Source of the DNA: Sminthopsis crassicaudata | Taxonomy: Eukaryota | Assembly (NCBI RefSeq): GCF_048593235.1 | Contig: NC_133622.1 | Location: 244,532,055-244,596,054 of the forward strand | Direction of reading: 5' to 3' | Length of the DNA: 64,000 nt | Shown here: piece by piece, positions 23,359 to 37,250 of the stretch | Numbering within the stretch: position 1 is the stretch's first letter | How the letters are laid out: each line of letters opens with the position of its first letter | Program-made: the position numbers and the translations under genes | The notes under the pieces: generated by a model | Told to the model about the DNA's origin: nothing | The model's database searches: none | Seen by the model: only the letters and a program-made list of their open reading frames with translations

Positions 23359-24202
23359 GAAAAATCCTAAAATTTTGCCTTTGATGTGGTATATTCTCTT
23401 GGAAGAATGAAATAAAGTCTACTGCCTTTAAATGACCACTGTGAGAAAGTCTATAACATTAAAATTATTCTCTGCATAATTATAAAATGATACAATTTGA
23501 TTAAAAGTATTAAAATATAAAAAATTCTGAATCCTTAGGAGTCATTTCTACATTTACAATGAAACTAAATATGTACTCATATACCTTACCTCTTAAATCT
23601 CCAAAACCAGAGTGAAGAAAGATGGACAAAAATTATAAAAAATAATGTTAGTAGTTATAAGGCTATATGAATAGCCAGTAGTTGTATTAAAATGCTTCTA
23701 ATGCCTTTGGTATAATTCATTTCTGACCTGAGTCTATCTAGTTCCTAGAGATGCCAGAAGTTAACACCATAAAAGCTACACAAAATTTAAGATGAATTAA
23801 ATAGGAAGTTATAAGTGTCATAAGCAATAGCATGATTAGTGAAATCAAATTGTCTTTCATACCATATTAAAGGGAAAAAGGAACCATTTATTAAGTATAA
23901 TTTTAATTTTAAAGGATCCCTGTTATAAATACAAATGAAAAAATACACAATGAAAGAGAATAAATGCCTTGTTGTGGGACACAAAATAGGAAATCGTCAC
24001 AGTAAATATTTACTCTTGTGATATCTTCTAATTCCAAGTTCAATACTGCACAATGTGTCTTTTGGAAAATATAAAATCAGCATCTCTTCACTTCAAAAAT
24101 GAATCTGAGTTAGCTTAGATATAGGAGATTTATATTGAGACTTTTTCCCAATTAGCATTGATGAAGTATAATTTGAAATTCTAAAAACAATTTCAAACTT
24201 TC

Positions 24203-25147
24203 TCATATATCTAGTGGATATTTTTTCCCAGCAGCTTTTCTAAAAGCATTCTTGACTTCCTTGTTCCTCAAGCTATAGACTAAAGGATTTAGCATGGGAA
24301 TGATTATAGTGTAGAATACTGATGCCATTTTATCTGTGTCCATTGAATGGCTTGAGCTGGGCTGAAAGTACATGAAGATGATTGTCCCATAAAAAATGGA
24401 TACAGTGGTGAGGTGGGAAGCACAGGTAGAGAAGGCCTTATGCCGACCTTCAGAAGAGTGAATCCTTAGGATGGCAATAAAAATGAATACATAGGATGTC
24501 ACTATTACGAAGAGGGTAAAAGATACATTAAATCCTGCTATAATAAAGACTACCATCTCAGTGATATGGATATCAGAACAGGAGAGAACCAAGAGTGGAG
24601 GAATGTCACAGAAAAAGTGATGGATCACATTGGAACCACAAAAGGAGAGGTGAAAGGTATATCCAATGTTAATGGATGACTGAAGAAAGCTACAGATATA
24701 AACCCCAGTTGCCAAGCGAATACAAACACTCAATGTCATGGTGGTGCTATAATGCAGGGGCTTACATACTGCTGCATGGCGATCATAAGCCATCACAGCT
24801 AGAAGAAAACAATCCACACTTGCAAAGGTCGTGAAGAAGAACATTTGTGCGGCACATCCATTATAAGAGATGGCTTTGTCCCCTGTGAGGAATCCAGCTA
24901 TTACCTTGGGAGTAACAGCGGAAGAATATCCCAAATCCGCCAAAGACAGGTTACTTAGAAAAAAGTACATTGGGTTGTGGAGATGGGTATCCCAGGAGAT
25001 CAGCACTACCATACCAAGGTTCCCCAACAGAGTGATCAAATAAATAATAGTAAAAATTATGAAGAGGGGGATCTGAAGCTCTGGGGCATCTGTTAAGCCC
25101 ACAAGAATGAATTCATTCACCTCTGAGTGATTTTCCATAGATGTCAT
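24203..25147 (-). CDS. OR5B: Olfactory receptor, OR5B subfamily (U3), intact, 314 aa
   Basis: NHS glycosylation site, [53 protein letters not shown]. Acceptor AG at 25169-25168. Confidence 0.96.
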   Translation of the reverse strand: MTSMENHSEVNEFILVGLTDAPELQIPLFIIFTIIYLITLLGNLGMVVLISWDTHLHNPMYFFLSNLSLADLGYSSAVTPKVIAGFLTGDKAISYNGCAAQMFFFTTFASVDCFLLAVMAYDRHAAVCKPLHYSTTMTLSVCIRLATGVYICSFLQSSINIGYTFHLSFCGSNVIHHFFCDIPPLLVLSCSDIHITEMVVFIIAGFNVSFTLFVIVTSYVFIFIAILRIHSSEGRHKAFSTCASHLTTVSIFYGTIIFMYFQPSSSHSMDTDKMASVFYTIIIPMLNPLVYSLRNKEVKNAFRKAAGKKYPLDI

Positions 25148-28013
25148 TTCAAGATAGCGTCGCTCACCTGTGACAAGAGAGAAATCAGCTGAAGTAACTC
25201 AGCATAGTTAAATCTGAAGCATTAATGATGATCAGAATGGGAGTAGAAGCACAAGAGAGAAGCTAAATCTAAATGGTCATAGTAGTTTCTACTGCATCTT
25301 CCCATAAACTCCTGACTAATGTTTTCAACTTTTTTTCAATCTATCACAGTCTCAATAATTTCAAAGGCATAATAGTAAACCTCATTGCCAGAAAGTGTAC
25401 CTTTGCTCTGCTGAAAATCATCATGGGAAGCAAACCTTTTCTTTTGAATTTGGTCCATTTGGATGAAGGAGAAAGAAGATAATTGAGTTAGAGAAATAAG
25501 GAGAGAAAAATTTAGTGACAAAAGGGAAGAGCAGTTATGATGGTTGGAATCCAGTGGGTATTTTTAGGACAGATCCAAATGCTGATAAGATATCTGTGCA
25601 GTGAAGTTAATTACTTTTCCACTCACCACTTAAATAATTAGAAATAATTCCACTCACCCCTTAAAATAAATGCAAGTCAATCTTTTCAAAAAGAGTGTCT
25701 TGGAATCACTTGAGGATAAATATCCTTTGTCTAAACTGAATTTTCTTAACACTGTCTTTTCTCCATTTCCAACGCTTTAAAATAACCAGCATAGAAACAG
25801 ATGGTTCCATACATGAATTTGAAGGAAATTTTGTCCTTTTGTTTATTTCTTGATTTGCCAAAGAAATTTTCCATTGAAGGACAACTTTGTATTGTCTTTT
25901 GCTTGCTTTTGGACAAGATCTAGTTATAAATACCAGATTTTACTTTAAGTCTTCCTTGATTAGAAGAACCAGATTAGTCTACATCTCACTCTTTTGAAAA
26001 CTTTTGAAATCTAGTTTCATCACTCTTTTACAATGGCACTCACCTTGTAATCCCAATCATGTTAGCCAAGCCAAGTTTCACTGTGAAATAATCAAAGTAT
26101 TACTGAAGACAGAATCTAAAAGCAAGAAGGGACCATGAGTATGATTTATATCTGATTGATAATTGCCACTACAACATCCCCCAATGAGGGCAGAAAAAGT
26201 CATAAAAAGAAGTGAGGTTGATTAAATTAAAATAACAAAGATAAATAGATCAAAAGCTCTGCAGGCAGTTTGTAAAATAATTAACAGGCAAAATGGCATA
26301 GATGTCCCAATGTAGGAGGATATATTTGTCCTCAATGATATCACTGAGATTTTGGGGGATGATAAATGCATGACTGCAATACAGACCTTGAATAATATAA
26401 ATTATTTAGAATATATTATTCTACTACTTCTATAGAAACAAGTTGGAGAAAGATTATATATATGTGCATACACACAAATATGTATCTATAGGTAAATACA
26501 TATAGATATAAGTGTGTGTATCTGTGTGTCTCTATATATCTATATTTATCTATCTACATATCTGTAGAAATTCTGGAACAAGAAAGAAAATGTGTCACGG
26601 AAGGTATTTTGATAAAGATCAATGGAATCAGAAACAGGACAGCACTGCCATTAGAGTTAACTAGGATTAATATGATCAAGAAGAGAAAATGAGTGAGGAA
26701 TTTGGAAAACATCACAAGAAGGGAGTAGGAAAATCCATTTTAACATCTCATTCTGGATTAGATCTAGGAGTTTCACTTCACATTATACCAAATAGTTCAA
26801 AGTGACTATTGCTAGCTTGGTGCTAAGTTATATCAGTCCCATAAATGCTACTTTTGCACTCACCTGATCTGATAACTGAGCCAATTAGATGTAGACATAT
26901 CCTTAAAATGTGGTCTCCTTATTGCATTTAACATTACATGGTTTTGAGTCCCCATATATAAAGTCCTTATGAGCAAATAGAAGACAAATGTGACATTTTC
27001 CTTTTTCGTAATATTAGTTGCTAATGTTTCTATTTGTACTTAAAATTTTGCAAAATACTTTACCCACTTTATCCCATTTTGTACTCATGACAATCCTGGA
27101 GGCAGGTACTATTATCATTCCTACTTTGCAGATGAGAAAACCAAGATACTTGCTTAGTGTACACAATTGTTAAATGTTTGAAACTAGATTTAAACTTGGG
27201 CCTTCTTGATTCTAAATCCAAATCTCTATGCACTTGGTAACTTCACTAATAATATGCTAGAAAAAGTATAGGCCTACTAGTCCAGAAGATTTGGGTCAAA
27301 ATTCTACCTCAGATATTTTGCAAGCTGTATAGCCCGCAGAAAATCCCTTAATTTTTCTTATTCTGTTTGGTAACCTATAAAATGAGGATATAAATAATTG
27401 CACCTTTCTCATAGAATCATGAGATTAAAATGAGTCACCAGATGTAAACCATTATTAAAGGTAAATTGAAATGATTGGAGGCAGGACCGATATCTTATAT
27501 AAACTTTGTATCACTCTCAGAATTTAACAGAATGCTTTGTGAATGGTGTATCCTTATATAAGTATTGTAAATTATTTTTTAAGATTTCACTAACAGTAAA
27601 CAATGCTGACATACTTTTCTGTTCAGTCATTTTTCTCTAACTTGTTTCTATTAATCCTGTTTAGTCTGAATAATGTATAATCTTCAAGGTCTGTATTTCA
27701 GTGATGTAGTTATCATCCCACAAATGTGTCTAAGTGTTCATGACTTCATTTGGGGTTTTCTTAGCAAAGATAGTTTGTCATTTCCTTCTCCAATTCGCTT
27801 AAAAAATGAGGAAACTAAGGCCCTGAATCACACAGTTGGCAAGTATCTGAGACTAGATTTGAACTCAGGAAGATAAATGTTGTGCAATTTAGCTACCTGA
27901 TATACTTTCTCAAAATGCCCTTTTACTTAAAGACAATCATCTTGAGAAGATGTGATGTGGCAAATAATAACTGACATTTTACTAACATTTTAAAATTTGA
28001 AAATGCCTATTTT

Positions 28014-28125
28014 GGGGTCAAGTAGATGTTGCAGTGGATAGAGCCCTGAAGACAGGAGGACACTTATCACTCACTAGCTGTGTGGCTCTGGCAACTCCAA
28101 TTGCCTCACAAAAAAGAAAAAAAAT
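28014..28125 (+). mobile_element. WSINE1-like SINE with internal deletion
   Basis: Head, CTAGCTGTGTG body and A tail. Confidence 0.7.
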
Positions 28126-28611
28126 ACATTTTTAATTAGTTATAACAGATATTATGATCACAATATTATAAATGAGGAAAATGAGAGAAAGGACACAGAT
28201 CCAGTTGTTCCTAGAATCATTCAACAATGCCTTATCCTTCAAATAAATCAAGGAAATGTGGTTTGAGGTTCTTAGAATTTACCAATCTAGAGAAATAAAG
28301 ATAGAGCTCAGGATGGTAGAGAAAGACAAGCACCTTCACATTAACTCTTCCTAATCCTAGGAAGCAACTTATTCTGTTGAAGAAACTACTCCTTCATCTC
28401 TAATACATGTTCAATGGTCCCTATTTCCAGAGAAATTATTCTTAGTCATTGCTTCTTTGTATTGAAGTAGAGTTAGTGAATTTCTCTCCTGCATGTTCTC
28501 AAGATTAATAAAGATTAAATGATGGAAAGGACTTCTGCCTCCAGGTTGATCCTATAGCAATTAACTCTAATAGTGCATCATTTAGATGTGAGTGGCTAAA
28601 GATGGGAATCG

Positions 28612-28770
28612 AGGAGAGGTTTTATAAAGATCTAGACATAAAATTACTCTTAGGAGACCATGGCACCTTGGAGAAACCTGGCAGTTCTTCATTTGGCTCA
28701 TGAACAAAACAAGCCATTAACTCTGCTGTATCCATGGGGACCAAGTCTTGATCATCTAAAGAGACCATGT
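28612..28770 (-). promoter_or_regulatory. Putative promoter cassette of U3
   Basis: TATAAAA 28620-28626, CCTTGGAGA near 28666, TAATGG 28714-28719, O/E-like TCCATGGGGA 28731-28740. Confidence 0.6.
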
Positions 28771-29611
28771 TCTCACAGGTACTTTCTTAGTGTCATTTAA
28801 AATTCATTTTAAGTTAGTTATTCTTAGATTATTCAGGGAACAAGTCCTAGAGGAAGGTATTTAAAGGCATTATTTAGATTACACAATTTTCATAGGTATG
28901 AATAAAGAATGAATTATTAATCAAAGAATGGACAAATGATACTTAAAAAATAAAAAAGAAACTTTTGCATGAACAAAATTAACATAGCTAAAATAAGAAG
29001 AAAAACAGCTGATTGGTGAAAAATAGTTACATCAAATATCTCTCGAAAGGGTGGTAGCTGTAGTGTAGTTATTGTAGGAGTAGTGACATTGATAACTGAC
29101 ATTTACATGGCAGAAATATTTTACATATATTATCTCAGTTGATTTTGAATTGCTGAAAGTACCACTGGGAACCTGATAGCAACTCAAGAAGTTACCAATG
29201 ATAATAAAACATCAATTTCTCTTGATTGCTATTTGATTAAGGAATGAAATACAAAACAGAATAGACATTCAGGAACTTGAGGTCCAGTCTCAGTTTCACC
29301 CACACAAACACATATTTTTGCTGCATGTGCTTAAGTATAGCTTAAGCTTCTGAAGCCAGAGGAAAATGAGAAGAGAAATCCCTTCTCATCTTGTTGGAAG
29401 CTTAAGGGAGAGATGATAATAAATCTGTCTCGACATAGAGTAGCTCAAAAGATATGGGAAGCTCAATCTTTCTACAATTCTATAGCCTAGTGAAGTTTGG
29501 GAAGTTCTCCTACAAGAATTCACCCTCCATGATATTCATTGACTAATCCTCTCTGATACATTCTCATATTCTGATACATTTCCCTTGGGAAAACATGAAA
29601 CCAATTCTCCT

Positions 29612-29850
29612 GAGTAGCTAGATGGTATAGTGAATAGAGCACTGGGCTTGGAATCAGGAAGATTCATCTTCCTGAGTTCAATTCCAACCTCAGATATTTA
29701 CTAGCTCTGTGATCCTGGACAAATTGCTTAACCCTGTTTCCTCATCTGTATAATGAACTGGAGAAGAAAATGGCTAAGCACTCAAGTATCCTTGCCAAGA
29801 AAATCCCAAATGAGTTCATTAAATTAGAAGAACAACTGAATGATAATAAA
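29612..29850 (+). mobile_element. MAR1-like CORE-SINE
   Basis: tRNA head, CORE domain and RTE-type tail GGAGAAGAAAATGGC...CCAAGAAAATCCCAAATG. Confidence 0.75.
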
Positions 29851-30789
29851 TATCACTTCAGCCTAGTAAAGAAGCCGTCCCAGAATAAGGGACTAATCTG
29901 TAAGTTTATCTCTACAAAAATCAGTAGATCACTCTCTATCCATTTGGATTTTTTAAATAAGGCTAATTCAACGAGGACTAAATATATGATAGCATTAGAT
30001 AACACATTAAGTGAAAAATATCTGGGGGTTTTAGTAGACTTTAAACTCAATATGAATCAATGGTGTGATATGGTAACCAAAATAATAACAATAATATGTA
30101 GAAATTTTTATTGTTTTTTTTTAATGGTTGAAAATTGTTTCATAGAACATTATTTTGTCTGAGCCACAAAGGATATTGCATTAAATAAAGAGGCGTACTA
30201 TCTAGAATGAAAGTGAAAATCAAATTGTTCTCAGCACTCTTCAAATAATATCTGTAGTGTAGTATTTGGTTATGGTACAATATTTTGAAAGAAAACAAAC
30301 AAATTAAAACATATATAGGGAAAAATAGCAAGGATGGTGAAGAGACTGCTGACCACACTATCTCAAGATCATTAGAAGCAAATAAAGATATTAAACTTCA
30401 AAGACTCAGAGGCCATCAAGTCAAACTTGAATCTCCTATGTTATGTAGAAATTGTCATGCAACTTTTACTTGAAGATTTCCACTGAGAAGAAAATATTCT
30501 TTCTGGACACTTTCAGTTACTTGATTTTGTCACACTAAATCTAAATATGACCCTGCAGTTTCCATCTATATCCTTTATTCCAGTCTTCCAGGGTCAACAA
30601 TCACAAGACTAATTTCTATTTCATAGCTGCAAGTAGATGGCTCCCCTTTATTCATCTATCCTCTTTTAAAAAGCAATTCAATTGTTAAGCACTCATTACA
30701 TGCTAGGCATTATTTTAAAGTCTGAGCATACAATTAACAAAAACAATGATAATTTATACCCTCAAGGAGCTCATATTCTAATGGGGAAA

Positions 30790-32110
30790 GACAATGCAAA
30801 AGAAATAGAATCCTGGGTTTTACACAAGGAAAACTATTAATTGATTTGATTATATCCATACATAACACAAATATGATTATTTCAATAGACACAGAAACAT
30901 TTTTGAGAAAGTAAAATACTTGTTTCTATTAAAAACACTTGAAAGTATAAGTATAAATGGAATTTTTTCTTAAATCAACAAAAAGTATTTACCTAAGACC
31001 AGCAGCAAGCAATATTTTTAATAGGGATGAGCTAGAATGAGCTAAAAGTCTTCCCAGTAAGATCAGGTATGAAACAAGAATTTCCACTGTCACTATATTA
31101 TTCAATATTGTATTGGAAATTCTAGCACTAATAAAAGAAATAGAAATAGAATCAGAATTGGAAATTTGGTAATAACATGATATCTTTTCATAGACGTTAT
31201 AATGATATACTTAGAAAATTCCAAAGACTCGATTAAAAAGTTGGTTGAAATCACTAATGATTTTAGCAAAGTAACAGGAAACATAAATCATCAGCATTGC
31301 TATATATCATCAACAAAACACTGAAAGAAGATATAGTAAGAGATGCTCATTTAAAATAATTCTAGAAAGCACAAAATACCTGGAATTATTTCTGTCAAAA
31401 CAAATCCAAGAACTATATGTATATTAACACAATTATATAAAAAAGCAACTTTTTATGCAAATTAGATCAGATTTAGTTAATTGGAAAGATATTAATTGTT
31501 CATGAATGCAGGGCCAAAATAATAAAATGACAATTTCACTTAATAATTTATATATTTAATGTCATACCAAATCAAATTACCAAAAAATATTTGACTGAGT
31601 TAGAAAAAAAACAAAATTCATTTAGAAGAACATAGGGTCAAGAATATTGAAGGAACTCATGAAATAAAATGTAAATGAAAGATTATAGCAGTACCAGAAT
31701 TTAAACTTCATTATAAGGCAGTAATTATCAAAACTGGTACTATCTAAGAAATAGAAAGAAGATTACAGGAACGATGTGGACATATAATTTATAACATTAA
31801 GTGACTATAGTAAACTAACATTTGACAAGTATGAAGACAAGTTTGGGGGACAAGAATTCATTATTTGCCTACAATCATTGGAAAGGCTGGAAAATTGGCA
31901 AAAATTGCACATAGACCAAAAAAGGAGGTTACATGATAACTTTATTTTATATTTAAAAGGAACAGCAAGTTGTACATAATAGATTTGCAATTTTATATGG
32001 AATCATCTTCTCCCCCCATTCTACTATGTTATGGAAATCTATATATTATTTCTTAAGTTCAGAATAAAATTTTAAAAAATTAATTAAATTGAAATAAAAT
32101 TTTAAAAAAG
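30790..32110 (+). mobile_element. LINE-1 ORF2 (RT region) fragments and 3' end
   Basis: Degenerate RT-region sequence (AGGAACAAGACAAGGATG-like at about 31060, YADDMI-like region near 31190). Confidence 0.78.
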
Positions 32111-33009
32111 AGGTAGAAAAGCAGGGTGAGAAAAACCAAGAAGTGACTAGCATGGGAGCACCTTGTTAGGTGGAGTTAAAAATCAGGTAAAGTAGAAGAC
32201 TTCAAGTGGAGTGAGTAAAAAGGGGAAAGTTTAGTACCCTATCCTCTATCCCTTCAACCCAAAAGGAGAAAAATATTGAGACAGGTGGTGTCAGTTAAGG
32301 CTTGAGTCAGCAGCACGGTGATAAATTTGGAGGTGGCAATCTGAGACCTTTTTACCATGAATTTGAAATCTGACAAAGTAGCAGGTACAACAAAGTGAAT
32401 ACTTTTTCTCCTCCACTACAAATATATCCAGTTTCTTCAGCTGATTCTTATATGAACATTTTATGAGTTCACTTCTCTGTGCATGATATTTCACTCACAT
32501 TCAAAACACCAAGACAGTACCCCAGATGTGGTTTAAGGCAGATCAGAATCATTGTCTCTTTCATAATACATATTATCTTTCCTTTAATATAGGCTAGGAT
32601 TATGATGAGGTTTTGGTTATCATGATGAAATATTTATGATCATTAAGTTTGCAATTTAGTCAAATTCCGAAATCTTCTCACAGAAAGCATAACTTTCACC
32701 CTGACATTAGTGCCAGCTGATTTTCAACTACAATGCATTTTAACAACATTAAAAACTCTGAGAAATATCATCAATTGACTCCCAGTTTCTGGAAAGGCCT
32801 ATTTCTGTCCACTGAAGGCCAGAGAAGAAGGTTTTGCTATTGTTTGTTATTTATTTGTTTTGACATCTGAGTCTATTGTCAACCATGGTGCAAAATCATT
32901 TACTCTGTGTATGATAGAAAGAAAGACACAGGAAAACAAAGCATTTTTGTAATTCAAGTGCTGAAGTATTGTTCATTTCTTTTTTTCTTTCTTTTCTTTT
33001 TTCTTTTTT

Positions 33010-36000
33010 TTACAATTTATTTTTAATACGCATTGCTTCATGAGTCATACTGAAAGAGGAAAATTAGAGCAAAAAAACAAAGAGAGAAAAAACAAAAAAA
33101 AAAACAAAAAAAAAAACAGAAAAAAGAAGTTAACATAGCATATGTTGATTTACATTCAATCTCTATAGTTCTTATTTTGGATGCAGATAGCATTTTCTGT
33201 CCAAAATTTTTGGATTACTTGGGATCACTGAAACAACCACTGAGAAGAACAAAATCTTTCATAGTTGATCATCACACATTCTTGCTGTTATTGTGTACAA
33301 TGTATTCCTGGTTCTGTTTGCTTCAGTCAGCATCAGTTCATGTAAGTCTTTCCAGGTCTTTCTAAAATAAGCTTGTTCATCATTTTTACATAACAATAAT
33401 ATTCCATTATCTTCATATACCACAGCTTATTCAATCATTCCCCAATTGATGTACATCTGCTCATTTTCCATTTCTTTCCTACTACAAAAATTGCTGCTAC
33501 AAACATTTTTGCACAAATGGGTCCTTCCCCCTTCTTTATGATTTCCTTGGGATACAGACCCAGTAATGGAACTTCTGGGTCAAAGGGTATGCACAGTTTT
33601 AAAATCCTTTGGATATAGTTCCAAACTGTTCTTCAGAACAGTTGGATCATTTCACAACTCCAATAACAATGCATCGGTGTCCCAGTTTTCCCACATTCCC
33701 TACATCATTTATCATTATCTTTTCCTGTCATCTTAGCCAATGAGAGAAATGTGATGTGGTAACTCAAAGTTGTTTGAATTCACATTTTTCTAATCAATAA
33801 TGATTTAGAATATTTTTATATGACTATAGATGGCTTTAATTTTGTCATCTGAAAATTGTCTGTTCATATCCTTTGACCAATTATCAATTGGAGAATGACT
33901 TATAAAGAACTGTGTCAAATGTATAAGAATACATGTTTTAGAAATGAAATCTTTATCAGAAATGTTAGCTGTAGACATTACCCCCAGTTTTGTACTTCTC
34001 TTTTAATCTTGTTTCTGTTGATTTTATTTTTGTAAAACTTTTTAAATTAAATGTAATAGAAGTTGTGATTTTACCTTTCAAAATGTGCTCTAATTCTTTG
34101 GTCATAAATTCTTCCCTTCTCCAAAGATCTGATAGGTAAATTGCTCCTTGCTCTCCTAGTTTGTTTATGGTATCATCCTTTATGCCCAAATCACGTACCC
34201 ATTTTGACTTTATTTTGCTATGGGATGTGAGATGTAGGTCTATGCCAAATTTCTGACATAACTTTCCAAGTTTTTCCAGTAATTTTTGTCAAATAGTGAA
34301 TTCATATTCCAGAAGCTGGAACTTGGGTGTTTATCAAATAGTAGATTACATATGGGCCTTGATTACTGTGTTGTTTGTATTTAACCTATTCCACTGATTC
34401 ACCATACTGTTGCTGTTTCTTAGCCAATACCAAATGGTTTTGATGACCACTACTTTAATTAAATGGTTTTGATGACTGCTGCTTTATAAGAGTTTTAGGG
34501 TTGGTGGTGCTAAGCCAACCTAAGTATTTTTTTTTTCATTAATTCCCTTGATATTCTTGTCCTTTTGTTCTTCCAGATGAATTTTGCTATTATTTTTTCT
34601 AGTTCTATAAAATAAGTTTTTGGCAGTTTGATTGGAATGGAACTGAACAAGTGGATCAATTTAGGCAGAATTGTAATTATTATTATATTAGCTCAGCCTA
34701 CTTAAGAGCAATAAATTTAATAAATTTCTAATTGTTTAGATCTGACTTTATTTTGTGAGAACTATTTTGTAACTATGTTCCTGTAGTTATTGAATTTCTC
34801 TTAGCAGATAGACACCCAAATATTTTATTTTGTCTATAGTTATTTAAAATGGATTTTCTCTTTCTGAAGGCTTTGTTAGTAATACATAGAAATATGTGAA
34901 AAGCTGATGATTTGTGTGAGTCTATTTGATATCCTGTAACTTTGCTAAAACTGTAAATTGTTTCAAGTAGGTTTTTGGATGATTTTCTAGGGTTAAGTAT
35001 ATCATCTTATCATATTTTTATTTTCTTATTCCTAAAGCCAGCATTTTTAGTACAATTTGAATAATAGTGGTAATAATGGGCATCCTTGTTTCACCCCTGA
35101 TCTTCTTGGGAATGTTTCTAGCTTCTCTCCATTATAAATAATGCTTACTGTTGGTTTTGATAGATACCTCTTATTATTTTAAGGAAAACTTCTTTTATCC
35201 CTGTGCTCTCTATTGTTTTTAATAGGAATGGGTATTGTATTTTGTCAAAGGCTTTTTGTGCAACTATTGAGATTATCATATAATTTTTGTTGTTTTTTTA
35301 TGGGATATGGTTGATTATGGTGATAGGTTTCCTGATATTGAACCAGTCCTACATTTCTAGTATAAATTCTACTTGTTCATATATATTATCCTGCTGATAA
35401 GTTGCTATAATCTCTTTGCTAATATTTTAGTTATTTATTTTTGTATCAATATTCATCAGAGGGATTGGTCTATAATTTTTTTGTTTTGGATCTTCCTGGT
35501 TTAAGTATCATTACCATATCTGTATCATAGAAGGGATTTGATAGGATTTCCTTTACCTGTTTTTCCAAATAGTTTACATTTTTCTTTAAATGTTTGGAAT
35601 TAATTGTTCTTCACATGTTTGAAAAAATTCACTTGTTAATCCATCTGGTCCCGGAGAGTTTTTAGGGAGTTCATTAACAGCTTGTTCAATGTCTTTTTCT
35701 AAAATGGGACTATTCAAGTAATTTATTTTCTCTTCTTTTAATCTGGGAAATTAATACTTTTGTAAATATTCATCTGCTTTGGTTAGATTGTTGGATTTGC
35801 TGCCATACAGTTGGGCAAAATAGCTTCCAATCATTGCTTTAATTTTTTTTCCATTAGTGGCAAGTTCATCTTATTAATTTTTGATGCTGGTACTTTTTTT
35901 CTTTTTCTAACCAAATTAACCAAAAGCTTATCTATTTTGTTCTTGTTGTTGTTGTTGTTGTTGTTTTTCAAAAAATGAACTCTTAGTTTTACTAATTTCT

Positions 36001-36290
36001 TTAATAGCTTCCTTAGTTTCAATTTTTTTAATCTATCTTTTGAGTTTCAGAATTCCTAATTTGGGATTTTTGATTTGTCCTTTTTCTAGCTTTTTTAATT
36101 GCATGCCCAATTCATTGATCTCCTCTTTTTCTATTTTATTCATATATCTATTTAGAGATATAAAATTTCCCTTAAGAACTGCTTTGGATTCATTCCATAG
36201 ATTTTGGGTATGTTGTCTCATTATTGTCATCCTCTTGGATGAATTTATGAAAGCTTTCAGTGATTTATTGTTTGACCCACTCATTTTTAG
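33010..36290 (-). mobile_element. 5'-truncated LINE-1 (ORF2 C-terminal part + 3' UTR + poly-A), degenerate
   Basis: Poly-T at about 32980-33010 followed by marsupial L1 3' UTR and ORF2-like sequence. Fragment translations such as KAVLKGNFISLNRY are L1 ORF2-like. Confidence 0.88.
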
Positions 36291-37244
36291 AAATACTGCT
36301 TATTCTTGAGGCCCAAATGCAAAGACCCACAGATTTTTATACCTATATTCCTGCATTTGAACTCCAGCTCCAAAACATATGAATTACCAGACCAATTTAT
36401 CTAAATTTCAGTTTTCTCAATTTCTTACTTCTTATGAACTGAACAAAATCCAATCCATCATTTATTAAGTGTCTATTCTGCCCTTGTTAATGTTATAGAC
36501 TCTGTAAATACAATGAATAAAAGTAGAAGAGGTCTCCTCCAGACATTAGTTTCCTGGAGTTATAAGAGAACATATACACAGATAAGTATGATGCAAAATA
36601 CAGGGCAGCAAAATAGATCCATAAAAACAATTTAAGGGAAATATGAGGAGGGAGGAAAATTGAGGAAATGAGAAATGAGTCTTTGTGCAAGTGTGAAATG
36701 GTATCTCAGTCTTAAAGAAAGAGAAGACTTCAACTTTAGGTGATAAGGAGGATGAAAATGTATTTTAAGGACAGGGAATATTTTGTAGGAAGTTTCAGAA
36801 TCAGCAGAGGATAGGACAAGGCCATGTATTAGACCATTTTTGTCTGGAATACCCTTAAATAGGGTTATTTCAAAATAGATATAATTATATAGAAAGCTTA
36901 GAGAAAAACTAGGTTGAAAGGAGCAAGACACAAGTCATTAACCTTCCAGTCTTCTGCAACCAGCCTCACCCTCATGAATTGTAGTGAACAGGGGAACATG
37001 ATATGAAAGATTAATAGCACTTACCAGTTTGACCAATTTAAGGAAGCAGATATCTAGGAATACATTTATAAGCCAATTTTGTAAAAATTATTGAATGAGT
37101 TTCTGGTTTCTAGTGAAATGAATGTTTAACTGAGGAGCTCCTAGGAATATGCAAAGGAGAGGGAAGTTCAAAGATGAGATGATCTTACAAAGATATTTCA
37201 TTATTTTCTGTGAAAAGCCAAGAAATAAATATGTTCTTATTCAT

Positions 37245-37250
37245 TTTATT
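37245..37250 (-). terminator. Possible polyadenylation signal of U4 (AATAAA)
   Basis: First AATAAA I found past the stop. Weak evidence in AT-rich DNA. Confidence 0.3.

Noticed and set aside
29770-30162. 130-aa ORF and similar 60-120 aa ORFs across the window
   Set aside because: They span SINE/CR1/L1 remnants and show no domain or codon signal; expected by chance.
33010-36290. Possible active L1 or intact retroviral genes
   Set aside because: No long ORF; the L1s are truncated and full of stops; all ERV pieces are LTR-only with no gag/pol/env.
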